A DNA stretch of 64,000 nucleotides. Origin: Gekko japonicus. Lineage: Eukaryota. Location of the stretch: contig NW_015164182.1 of NCBI RefSeq assembly GCF_001447785.1, positions 791,525-855,524 of the forward strand, written 5' to 3'. Positions within the stretch are counted from its first letter, which is position 1, and each line of letters begins with the position of its first letter. Below are positions 23,293-35,307 of the stretch, in pieces. The notes beneath the pieces were generated by a model. It did not search any database and had not been told where the DNA came from. It saw only the letters and a list, made by a program, of their open reading frames with translations. Position numbers and translations under genes: made by a program.

Positions 23293-24034
23293 AACAAGGA
23301 TGATTTGGTCCTGGAGATTTGCAGGTGGAGCTTGGGAAGTGCAGGGTTCAAGGAGGGACTTCTGTGGGGTATATAACATGTAGCCCACCCTCCAAAACAC
23401 CCATCGTCTCCAGGGGGACTGATCTCTACAGTCTGGAGACGAATTGCAATTCAGGGAGATCTCCAGGCTCCATCTGGAAGTTGGCAGCCCTAATGGGTAG
23501 CATAAAACCCTGTTCTTCTGGCTCTCATTGGAGTATCCTTCAAGGATGTATGTTCCAGGATTGCATATCCTAACCCCAGTAGACCACTCGATACACAATC
23601 AGCAAGTGCCACGTGGTCTGAACATTCGAATGCAGCAAACCCACAGGTCTGCAAGTGTCTCCAGATATGATTGTCTTGCCTGTTCTGTGTCTGCCATGCT
23701 GGGCCAGTCCTGACCTTTGTTGTTGGCTCTATGGGTTGGGGCATGGTCTTATCCCTTTGTGGGTGGGGGAGAGAAATTAACACTGTGCCTGAACCCCTCT
23801 GTTAATTATTCTGTTGGGCTATATTTAGCTGTCTGGCTGGGTGGAGGCTGAGACCAGACGGGGATGGGAGGAGAGAAAGCGCCCACACTGTGAAGCTTGA
23901 AACAAAGCCCTGCATACAGTTTAATTAATTTAAGGCACTTAACCAGCCTTTCTCTTGAAAAAGACTGGGGGGAGGGGACGGTCCCCTTACTTCCCCTGTC
24001 CACTTTGCTTTCTTCTCATTTCTTGCTCTCCCAG

Positions 24035-24144
24035 AGAAGGCGATCCTGCCTGCGATCCTGTCCAGGAAGAACGAGAGCGGTGGCAGAAATGGCTTGCCAA
24101 CACTGCGGCTGTGCCCTTCGCAGCACATCGATCTGCAAACATTA
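24035..24144 (+). CDS. Candidate exon 2 of the C2orf50/CIMIP5-like gene
   Basis: Long polypyrimidine tract tttcttctcatttcttgctctcccag|; donor TTA|gtgagc; 110 nt, phase 2 to phase 1; EGDPACDPVQEERERWQKWLANTAAVPFAAHRSANI. Confidence 0.6.
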
Positions 24145-25936
24145 GTGAGCCATAAAGCCAGCCTCCGTGCTGCTGAGCACAGCTTCGCCTGCCGATTTCT
24201 GCCCATCAAGCTGTTGCTAGAGGCTGAGATGCAGGCCAGGCCAGGCCAGGCCAGGCCAGACTGGTGCTGTCTGTTTGGTGACAACTCATTTGATTATTAG
24301 GCTTTGGACTTTGCTGGTAGGGGATTTGTTTCACGAGGCAAAACATGAATTGTGCTGTTCAGAACTGGGTGCAGCCTAGGGCCACGCAAACTGGGGCTCC
24401 TGCCTAGGGCCCTCTTCTCCAAGGACACACCACAACATGTAGCTTGCCAGTTACGATATTGACACATCTGCCTATAAAAAGAGGCTGAAAACTGCTTGCC
24501 ACCTGTCTCCTGTGAGTCCAGTTTTAGCCATTGGTTGATCTTGCAGTGATGTAATGGAATGCTCACAAATATGCTTATCAACTCTGCAGGAAATGGGAAA
24601 CAGTAGTATGTTGACAAAAAGGGCATGTTGTGCAAGATCTATGGAGGGGGGGCAGAATCACAGAGGTGTAAGCAGAAAGAGAGTAAAGTAGGAAGACAGG
24701 CTGGGAACCAGGAAGTGGAGGTGAAAAATCCCAACGTAGCAGCTTTGGAATTGAAATCTCCTTTGCATTGTGGAGGCCAGCTGGAGAGGAATGGTCCTGT
24801 GCATTAACAAAAAGCCCTTCTCTCACCACAGCCTATGGTGGCCAACCTCAGAGTGGTAGCTGGAGATCTCCCACAATTACAACTAATCTCCAGGTGATAA
24901 AAGATCAGTTAACTTGGAGAAAATGGCCGCTTTGGAAGGTGGGTTCTATGGCATTATACCCCACTGAAGTCCCTCTCCTCGCCAAATCCCACCGTCCTCA
25001 GGCTCCACCCCAAAAATCTCCAGCTATTTCCAAACCAGGAGCTGGCAACCCTTCCATAGCTCCCCCCCCCCAGGTGTTTGGGTTCACGAGGGAGGACTTC
25101 CCAAACAGCAAACACAGATTCCAAATCAAGCCCCCAATATCTTTCTTGTTAGAAACAAGGCTCCATCAGCAGAGCTAGAAGAGCCCAGAGTAGCACAGAA
25201 ATGAATTCTGCACTGGAAAAATCACTTTCCCTCTTCCCTGCATCCTCTTTAGGCAGTGTTTTAAAAAACTGTGTTGCTGCACATAGCAGTGTTGATTCTA
25301 TAAGAATGAATGGATGAATCAGCATCTAGCACAAACCCTGCTAGCTTCAAGAGAGAATTAGTGTAGGCCTGTCACAACACAAGAGGATAGAATGCATCAG
25401 TGCCAGTTATCTCCAAACCTTTCTTTGCAACATCTAATACCATGAGTTCAAAAACTGATTTCTTCCCTGGAGGAACGGAGAATACTGTTCCAGCTGGTTT
25501 AAACAGCTGGGTAGAAGAGGGTACTACATTACACTGGCTCCACCACCTGGGCCTTGTCTATTCAAAAGGATCTTGGACGTAGGATCACCCCATAAGGAAA
25601 AAAAGAAAAAGGAGAAGAAGAAGAAGAGAAAGAGGAGGGGGGGAGGAGGAGATTGGATTTATACCCTGCCCTTCACTCAGAGTGGTTTACAAACTCCTTT
25701 CCCTTCCCCTCCCCACAACACACACCCTGTGAGGTAGGTGGGGCTGAGAGAGCTCTTTTAAGAACTGCCCTTTCAAGGACAGCTCTTGTCAGAACTATGG
25801 CTTGCCCAAGGTCATCCATCAGCTGCAAGTGGAGGAGTGGGGAATCAAACCCGGCTCAGGGCTGACCAGTTCACACTAAAGAGTAGTCTCTTCGGGGTTT
25901 ATATTTCTTGTGGATGGATTGAGGACAACTGCCAGA

Positions 25937-26599
25937 TGTAGATCTATATCAAAAAGTCAGGCACCAGTGCTTGTGAAAGGCAAACAGCACAGTTCTTTAT
26001 TTCACAGAAAACTCAACAGGTGGATGGGATATTTACACAGGATATTTTATTTCTTTATAGAATAAATGCTTCACTCTGCTTTCATCAAGTTTGTCACAGA
26101 TTGTCTTTGGTACAGAGAAACCATTTATGATTCCACCCTCCAGTAACTGATTGTGGTCAGTCTTTGGACTTTATCTGTCTGGTTCCCTGAAACTGACTGG
26201 TACAACTACCCCAGCTTTCCCAGTCTCTTCCAGACCCTTAGTCCTTCCTGTACAAGTTCCCTTGGAGCAGTGTATATGGTGTTTTGTGATTACTGAGGAG
26301 TTATACTGTTTCTCCTCTCTGTTCACTCTCCTCTCTCATTAGAGGGTACCAGCTAGGAGTGTTATTCAGCCCCAGTTTCCCTCAAACTGCTGGCTTGTTG
26401 TTTAACTCTGCTCCAGAGGCTCCTTTGCTCTCAAGAGCTCTTCAGCTAACTCTCTTCCAACTGACTCTGTCAACTGTCAGCTGTTAACTGTTACTCACTG
26501 AGAATTCCAAGCAATCTTGCCCCCACCACTCTCAGTCATGTGACCCAGCAGCTCTATTGTTTACCTGCTGCTGTTCACCAAACCTTTATTTCCATCACA
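25937..26599 (-). mobile_element. Possible solo LTR
   Basis: TGT...ACA ends, minus-strand AATAAA near 25996-26001, internal short repeats typical of a U3 region; no TSD confirmed. Confidence 0.3.
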
Positions 26600-27348
26600 C
26601 AAACCACCACTGAACATCTCTTGCCTTGAAAACCCTATACGGGTTGCCATAAGTCAGCTGTGACTTAGCGGCACTTTTCACCACCAAAGAGTGGGATAGT
26701 TGAAGGTTACTAGACAGAAGTGCCCTGAAGTTCTGAAGTAATTTCAAGAAGGTTGGTATCATCCCCCCCCCCCGAACACATTCAAACATTTTCCCCAGTG
26801 GAGTTTCCCACAGTCTGGCTACAAATCCAAGCATGAGGACCCAGTGTCAGAGAAAAGATTCCAGATGTGACAAAAGAGTTGAAGAACAAGTCTGCTCACT
26901 TGTGTTAAAGAGGAGACGAGCTGCCTTCTCCCCCACCTGCTTCCTACAATAGCTTGGCCCAGCACCAGGGACTCCAATGAAAACTTTAATTACAAATTCA
27001 GGAGCTCCCGTCTGGGGAGAAGAGCCAGGAGCAAGAGGGGAAGTCCTTTGGAGAACCTGGCAGCACCTTGAAGTGCCTGTGGGGTTTGCTGCCTCCACCG
27101 CCTTGGGAAGACTGACATGCCGATTCAAGTGTAGGAGGCCGAATGGCTCAGCCTGAAACACAAAGCAGCCCTACAAGAGGACCAGGGGCAACTGTGTCTA
27201 CCAATACGTAGGGGACACAGCAAAGGCAGGCCTGTGGGCCTTCTGTGCTGCAACACTGAAGCCAGCCTGCTGTGGGTGGAAGGAAAAGGGGGCAGGCACT
27301 CCCTGGCTGGTTTCTCAAAAGAAAAGCTTGCTTAACTTTGGACCTCAG

Positions 27349-27449
27349 AGCCCCGCCCCCTGAAGCTGATACACGGGAAGAAGGCTAAGCTCATTGTGGG
27401 GGTGGAAGACACTCTGTACATACTCAGAGGCACCCACTTCTTCATATAG
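27349..27449 (+). CDS. Candidate terminal exon 3 of the C2orf50/CIMIP5-like gene
   Basis: Branch-like CTTAAC then acceptor cctcag|; phase 1; (K)PRPLKLIHGKKAKLIVGVEDTLYILRGTHFFI*; total CDS 234 nt. Confidence 0.55.
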
Positions 27450-27915
27450 CTGTGTACAGAGCCCTGGCAGGTGAAAATGAGTTGTGGGAGTTCTACCTTT
27501 GTGAGCTGAGTACAAAGAAAAAGCAATTGATACTTTGGGGGAGCGAAGAAGGAAGGAATGAGCCCCCTAAGAAAAAGAGCGATGGGAATTTCTCTTGCTG
27601 TACTCACATGCTGCACATGGGCTTTGCATTTGTTGGGGACAGGGGAGGTGGATTCATTTTGGGTTGCATTGGATACTCCCCCCATTTTTTTCAAAGCCAC
27701 ACACACACCTTTTATGAGGCAAGGTGGGTTTGACAGAATGATGCCTTTTCCCTGGCTGTGTTTTGGAGACGGGTGATGCTCTGGTGCCCACTAGTGCCAG
27801 TGCTGGGAAGCAGCTTCTCTCTGGCAGGAATCTCCACCAGCTGCGAGCCAAATATATCCCCTGAACTTTTGCTCTGTCTCACCTGTGCAACAGTTCAAAA
27901 GGATGACATCACAGC

Positions 27916-28117
27916 CAATGTTCCCTCTAAGCTCTGGAGTCTTGTGAGCCAAAATTCTACTTTGTGAGCTGCTAGCATTAAAGTTGTGAGCGATTGGGCT
28001 GCTGCATAAATTAATTTGCTCTGGAGCCATCCTTCCTGAGCGAAGACAAAAATGTGTGAGCCGGAGGCTAAGAAACTGTCAGCTAGCTCACACTAACTCA
28101 GCTTAGAGGGAACACTG
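27916..28117 (-). mobile_element. hAT-type MITE family A
   Basis: Reverse complement of 409-614; 8-bp TSD ATCACAGC (27908-27915, 28118-28125). Confidence 0.92.
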
Positions 28118-28887
28118 ATCACAGCAGACAGAGCCTGCTAGCTTTGGAATTTGGGACAAATGCCCCCATAGACAGGAGTTAACATCTTCTGCTGTAGTAA
28201 AAACCGTTTCGAAGCCATGTCTGCTTTCCAACTAGACTGAGCATTTGGAGGTGTGTGTGTGTGGGAGCTTCCTAGCCCTTGTAGGCTGGTGCTGCTCCAA
28301 CTCTTCTGGGGCATTTGCTGGCTTTCCAATTTCTAACAGACACACACACACACAAGGATTCATTTTACAAAGGAAGAGCTCAGGTTAGTAGGCATTTATT
28401 TACTGAAGTAAGTGATACTCACCTTTCCTCTTGGCTTAAGGCAGCTTGCTCAAAAGTGAACACACACAACATTCTCTGGTGGGATGCAACAGACATGGTC
28501 CCTTTCAAAGCACTGCAAACTATGGAGATGACCCCTTTTGGAGCTTTAAGAGTAGACATGTTCCCGGGAAGGGTTACCCAGTTACCACCTAGGATAGCAA
28601 ACTGGAACCTCCATGGTCAGAAGCAGCATACCCCTGAGTATCACATACGGCTGAGAAATACCAGAGATGGTTGCTGCATTTGTGTTGATTGTGGGCTTAC
28701 AAACAGGCATCTGTGTGAACCTTGCCAGAAACAGGGTGCTGGAATGGATGGACTCAGCAGGTCTCTTACATGCTCAGTGAGTGCTGGGCATGATCAAAGC
28801 ACTGACAGTGCTGTGTAGTGGTTCGAGTGCTGGACTGCACGGGGGAAGATCAAGTTTCAGATCCACATATGGCCCAGTCATTCTCCT

Positions 28888-31800
28888 TGAAGCATTGTAC
28901 TTACCTAAAGGTTTCTTCTCTTCAGTGGGGGAAGGCATCCACACTGGTTAGGCCACGCCTCCTCTCGCTCCAGGCAAGGCTATGCAAATTTTTGAGCATG
29001 CCCAGTAGGAGAGTGTGGGTGTCCTTCCAGACATGAAATAACCTAGACTGCAACTAGCTGCACACCACTCTCATTGAATATTAAACTGTAAACAAACTTC
29101 TTTAATGTTAACAGCAAACACCCAAACAGAAACCTCCAAGTAAAAACTCGATTGTAACATGAAAGACATGTCATATACAACAAAACAATTTTCTTTAACG
29201 TTACCCCCAAAAAACCACCAGGAAAAAACTTGGTTGCTAACATGAAAAAACATAACTTCCCCACCCAAAAAACAGCAGTGGGCAAATTGGATGCCTTCGC
29301 CCCACTGAAGAGAAGAAACCTTCAGGTAAGTACAATGTTTCATTCTCCTTCAGTGGTGGAAGACATCCACACTGGTTATGTAGAAAAGATCAGTCAGGGT
29401 GGGTATTGTTTTTTCAGTTACTCATCCAGTACCCTTTGTAGGACCCTCCTACCAAAGGCTGCCTCAATGAAGGACTGCTGATCAATTCTATAATGTCTGA
29501 CAAAGGTAGAAAAAGTAGACCAGGTCGCTGCCCGGCATATCTCCTCAATGGGGCCCTTGTGGAAAAAGCGGCAGACGTTGCAGCAGCTCTGGTAGAGTGT
29601 GCCATCACCTCTGGTGGTGCCCTGAGTCCCTGCACCTCATAAGCCTCTCTTATGCATCTCTTAACCAAAAGGCTATTGTGGTCTTAAATATTCTTTTCCC
29701 CAATGTCTGATTCCCATAAGACACAAACAGAGCATCAGATATTCTGAAAGTCTCTGTTCTCTGTATGTACCACCAGAGGGCCCTCCTAACATCTAATTTG
29801 TGGCATTGTTTCTCCTTAGTATGTACCGGGCGTGGACAAAAGGATGGTAATATCAACTCTTGGTTTAAATGGAAAGATGAATTTACCTTTGGCACAAAGG
29901 AGGGATCTGTCCTAAGGACCACAGATTCCTCCTGAAAAATGCACAATTCTTTTCTGACTGAAAGGGCCCCTAATTCCGAGACCCTTCTAGCAGACGTGAT
30001 AGCAACTAAGAAAGCTACCTTCCAAGATAGGTGCCTTAGGTCAATGGAAGAAAGTGGCTCAAAGGGGGTTCTAGTCAGTGCTTGTAATACCCTTGACAAA
30101 CTCCAAACCGGGAATCTGTGCTGAATTGGTGGAGCCAACTGCATGGTTCCTCTTAAATACCTTTTAATTAGCTTATGTGTTGCCAATCTGCCCATTCCCC
30201 TGTTACTGAAGACCGCAGCTATGGCTGCCACTTCTCTCTTTAATGTGTTGGGTAGTAACCCCCTTTTCCAACCCTCATGTACAAAAGTAATTACATCACA
30301 AATATCTGAAAGGAAGAAGCGGCGGCGGCGGCGGGGGGGGGGGCACAACGTTCTATGCACTCCAAAATCAGTTGGCTCTGTGATGTGTCAATCACAAGGT
30401 GTCTCTATCCACTGGCTGAGTTGCATGAGTTCTCTCCCACCCACTGCAGCCTAGGCCACTCTTCTCTGATTGGGCCAGCGTTTCAAGGTTATTTGCATAT
30501 GGAAGCTGATTGGACTTCACTCCATTCTGCACCTCAAACTCCCCCCCCCCCACGAGACAGTTGGAACTGTCAGTTGCATATGCGACCTGGTGTATTCTGA
30601 GGTAAAATATGTCCTCACTCACAACACATCACTTCCCCTTCAAAAGAAACAAATCCAATAACACAACCATGCCACACCACAAAAAACACAGATCACACCA
30701 CAAGCAAAATACCACAAGGCAAAAAATGATAGGAAAATGTGCCAGCAGTCACCCCATTACTGACACGGATATGTACCTGAGAGCGCTTCAGAGGATGGTG
30801 TGCAGGTCCCAGGTTCATGTTATAAAAGCTGCCTGGGGGATTATGGACCATTCACAGACTTTCAACCTTAACATACCTCACAGGGTTGTTGTGCGGATCA
30901 TACAGGGGAGAGGAGAATGATGTCAGCTGCTTTGGTTCCCACTGCAGGGAAAGACTGCCCTTTCCCTAGGCAGAGGCTGCAGGGTGTGTGTGTGTAAACC
31001 TGAAGACAGAGGCAGATAAAGGTAGGCTGATGGTTGCCTGGAAAGAACATAGGGTTGCCAACTCCAGGTTGGAAACTTCAAGGATATTTTACGGATGAAG
31101 CCTGCTGAGGCTGGGGTCTGAGGAGAAGGAAGAGGGGGACCTCAGACAGATACGCCATAGACCCCACCCTCCAGACAAGCTGTTGCCAATCTCCAGGTGA
31201 CAGCTGAAGAGCTCTTAAAGCTCTGATGCTAATTCAAAGTGCTGGGGATGTGTTGCATTCTGGCAGGGGATGCTATGAGTGTAGAAAATGAATTATCAAC
31301 AGAGTAGTGTTTTGGGAAAACTTTAGAAACAGTTTCGTCCATTTACCATGGGGCACCCATCCAGAGCCTCTGGCATTTTCTCACTCTGCTGGCATCAAAA
31401 CCAATTTAAGGCAAAATAGAGATATGGAGACTTTTCTATCCTCCTTTGCATCTTTGTTGGCAACCCTAGGCCTGCCAGCACTCTCAGGGTGACTTAATGC
31501 CTCCTGACTGGCATTACTTCACTAACCCTGGCTGCTTGCTCCTGTTAAGCAGGAGCCTCCCTATGGAAGTTGCCTGGGTGATTTTGGACCAGCCCCAGAC
31601 TTTCTGCCTAACCTACCTTGCAGGGTTGCTGTACAGATCACAAAGCAGAAGAGGAGAATGAAGTAAGCTGCTTTGCTCCCCACTAACTAGAAAGACAGAA
31701 CTTTGCCTAGGAAGAGGCTGCTGAGAGAGGAGGAGATAAAGTTGCCAACTTTAGAAATGGACATTCCTGGAGATTTGAGGGGTGGAGTCTGGAGAGGGTG

Positions 31801-32166
31801 GGGTTTGAGAAGGGGGTGGGACCTCAGACAGGTACAGTGCCATAGCATGGCTTGCCTTGACAAGGGACCCTTTTCCCTGAGGGTCCCGCGACCGGTGTTC
31901 TTTTTGAAGACTTCCGAGTCCCATCTTTAACTTCTCGTCTTCTTTTAAAATATTCTTAACCTCTCTCCTCTTTATTTATTTATTTGTAACTGAAGTAGAG
32001 AGTGGAGCTAGGCTTTGACGACTCTCCTGAAGCGGCAGGGCTATTGAACTGGAAGGACGCCCACGCTCTGTCCTACTGGGCATGCTCAAAAATTTGCGGA
32101 GCCCTGCCTGGAGTGAGAGGAGGTGTGGCCTAACCAGTGTGGATGCCTTCCCCCACTGAAGGAGAA
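28888..32166 (-). mobile_element. DIRS1-like tyrosine-recombinase retrotransposon (DIRS-1), gag/RT region replaced by unrelated DNA
   Basis: Inverted terminal repeats ~28888-29030 and ~32050-32166; internal complementary region ~29290-29378; YR ORFs 29414-30310 (ITSARRVSEL, AHSTRAAATS). Splits a MIR-like SINE whose halves are at ~28805-28885 and ~32170-32280. Confidence 0.88.
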
Positions 32167-32525
32167 CATCACATTCTCTCAGCCTATCCTACCTCACAGG
32201 GTTGTTGCTGTGAAAAAATGGAGGAATGGAGAACGATGTTCTAAGCCACTCTGGGTCCTCACTGAGGAAAAACAGGGGACAATAACAAACAAATGCTTTT
32301 CTTTTCACATAAGCATTAACAAACACATCTAGGATTAGAAACAATGGCATCCAGATGAAGCAGGTGACTGTGAGATAGGTTTCAACCCTGGAACCTTTTG
32401 AAAAAAAAATTAAGACAATTCCCTTTAGCAAAACCCATTTGTGGACTAATGGAAAGGAGGCCAACTCACAAGGCCATTCTGTCTTAAAGGGCTTCGGAGT
32501 TGCCAGAAAGGACAAGAAATTCTTT

Positions 32526-34316
32526 TTCTTTTTTTTGTAAACTTTTATTGCTTTTTTACTATAAACTACATAGGGAAGGGACGTAAGGGATACTAATACT
32601 AATAAAACAAGAGATATAGCAAGGATCATGTTACATGTAAGGTAACTATTAGTCCTTCCTACTATTATTAGAATAAAGCATATAATAGAATAATACTGAG
32701 TATCTTATATCACTAAACCTAAGTCAAGCCCATTTAGACTTATTGGGTACATCATAGTATCTTAAAACACAAATAGACTTTCAGATTCATTACAATCATT
32801 ATTTCCTGTGCTTAGCTTTATCAAATCTCAGTTGCTTTAAGAGTTTTAGGAGCTGCTTCTCCTTTTTCAGAATCAGACTCTTCTGTAGAACTGCCAAAAA
32901 TACTTTCACTGGCTTCTGAGTCATGATTGCTCTTTTCTTCTGCTTGTACATTGTCCTCTGCTTTCTCTTTGACTTTAGACGTTGATTGTTGCCGGTCCAG
33001 GAACAATTTTGCTTTTTCGGCAGAGTCAATCTTTTCTTTCTTTCCATTATAGTTGAAGATAAGTCCTTCTGGGAATATCCATCTGAAGGGAGTGGAGTTC
33101 TTGTGTAGAAAATAAATTAGATTTTTATATTGTCGTCTCTTCTTGCATATGTCAAATGTAATGTCTTTTAAGATCTTCACCTCTTTGATTTTCAGTGATT
33201 TCCCATTTTTAGCTTTTAAAATTGCATTTCTGGTTGATCTTTTGAAGAATTTAACAAATATTTCACCAGGCAGTTTATTTTTCTTGATAAAATCCGGATA
33301 GGTTCAATAAACCATATCCATATCGCTTTGTAGTGAATCCGATTTTAAATCTGTCATTGATGCCAGTGCTGCACTCAATAATTCTTTTAAATTCTCCCCT
33401 TGTTGTTCTGGGATACCCTGGAATCGTAGGATGTGTAGTGATTTCTCAATTTGTAGCTGTCATAATTTCTCTTTATCGGAGATCCGCTTTCTCCACTATC
33501 TCCAATCGCTGCTTAATAGCGTTTGCCTTACCAACTTTTTTCAGTGCTTTATTAGCTTCATCTGTCTTCCTCACTGTATCCATCATTTGTATCTGGAGAC
33601 AGTCTAGTTTATTAGTGATATTAGTCATCTGGTCCAGCAGAGGTTGCAACGCCGTGGCTATCATGTTTGGGAAGTCAGTGACTGCTTCTGGTTTAAGAGC
33701 TGAGGTCACTGAACCGTCATTTCCTGGAGAAGGTCTTATCTTTTTCGCCATTTTGTCCCCTCTGGTCAACATTGTTTACATAAGAAAAAGTCAGTTTCAG
33801 TAATCTGTAAGTCTGTCTATTTTATTCCGCTTTGAACTACTTTGCACCCCGCTTGGCTATGTTGCAGCTTTTACAGTTAGAACTGTCTCTTGCCTCCAAG
33901 CTATTGCTTAAAAAACGCTTTTCTTTTCGGGGGGGGGGACTCCCCCACTCCTCCCCTCCCTCTTGTGGGGCTTGTGATTGGTTCTCCACTTGGTTAGCTC
34001 ATCAGGGTTTCGCTTAGACTAACAGTTTATTCCAACGATTTTCTTCCGACGTAGGAAGGGCTCTGAATCGCAAGTTCACTTGCTTGCCTTGTCCAGCGTG
34101 CGCTTCTAAACTCCATGATGGTCTTGCAGCAGTGGGATCTATCGGGGTAAAGGGGGGGCCTCAATTCCTCGGCTGTCGCCTTGGAAGAAACACCCATTGG
34201 CACCCCTCTCGGGGGGCTCAGAAACGTTCGAGACCCCTCCCGTCTGCCACAATTACGGGTCGCTCACATCGGAGCACGATGGAGCACACCTGTCCAGCAA
34301 ATTGCCAAAACCGGAA
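32526..34316 (-). mobile_element. ORF1-only LINE-1 derivative (half-L1-like): 5'UTR, decayed ORF1, AATAAA, poly(A)
   Basis: Starts (GG)CTTCCGG; ORF1 pieces 33772-33473 (coiled coil) and 33180-32821 (ILKDI...FRWIFPEGLIFNYNGK); AATAAA at ~32543-32548, T-tract on +; ~24-bp TSD GCCAGAAAGGACAAGAAATTCTTT (32502-32525, 34317-34340); no ORF2. Confidence 0.85.
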
Positions 34317-34458
34317 GCCAGAAAGGACAAGAAATTCTTTGGAAGCTTAAGGGATGAGGTACAAACACGACCCTGGTCCTTTGCTATACTGCTATACCCG
34401 TAAGCCACTTTCTGTTTCGGTAGCTGAAGGCCTTGCCTTACATAGAAAACCATTAGAT

Positions 34459-34904
34459 CAGAGTTGTTAGACATGTGGCCCAGGGGCCAGAACCAGCCCT
34501 TCCAGGGCTCTTATCTGGCCTGTGAGAGGAAAGGTAGGAGGATGCTCGGGGGGGGGGGGGGCCGCAGGCACACGTGATGAGGTGTGTATGGTCAAAGCTG
34601 TCAAGAAATGAAACAAAATGACTAGAAGGCGGGTATAGTATCCCTTGGAATAAACCTAGTCTTGCATAAGATTAAATACATTTATTGGGGCTTTTGTGGA
34701 TTCCCCAGTAAATGAACTCCTAGGAATCAATTGCTTTTGTTTGTATTTTGAGTAAAAAATAATATCAATTGGGTTTGCCCGTGTCATTAAAAAAATTATA
34801 TCTCAGGTAGCTGGCATTTTATTTTATGGAAGACATGGCCCGGCTGAACAAAATATCTTTTACATCAGATCCGGGCCTCATAACAAATGAGTTTGACACC
34901 TCTG
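34459..34904. mobile_element. hAT-type non-autonomous DNA transposon
   Basis: Ends CAGAGTTGTTAGAC / GTTTGACACCTCTG; near-perfect 8-bp TSD CATTAGAT / CATGAGAT. Confidence 0.75.
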
Positions 34905-35307
34905 CATGAGATGGTTGCAGGATTTTGGCATGACTCCAAAGCCCTAAGGGACACAGCCTCAGTTGGCCAGGGTCATTTTTAATTATCCTGGAAATAAAGA
35001 CACTCAGCTATTGCTGTGGAGACAGTTAACCCCTTGGCTCTGCTAACAGAGAACATGGAAAATAGCAACACTGTGCTCCTGAGCACCGAATCCCATCCCC
35101 TTCCCATTGGAGATGACCCAGAACTCACATCTGGGATTAATGGGACAGGGTTTCCAGGCAGGCTAAAGCCTAGACATCCCTCACCTTCAAAGGGAACCTT
35201 GGAAGAGAGCAGAGTGAGGAAACTGGGTGCTAGCAGCAGACAAGCGTTCCCAGGAGGGCTAAACATTTTAGGCCCTTGAACTGCCAGGCACACATGCCCA
35301 CCGTTCT

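Noticed and set aside
34547-34561. Frequent 10-15-nt G or C homopolymers across the window
   Set aside because: Mostly inside repeats; consistent with slippage or sequencing effects, with no pattern of spacing.
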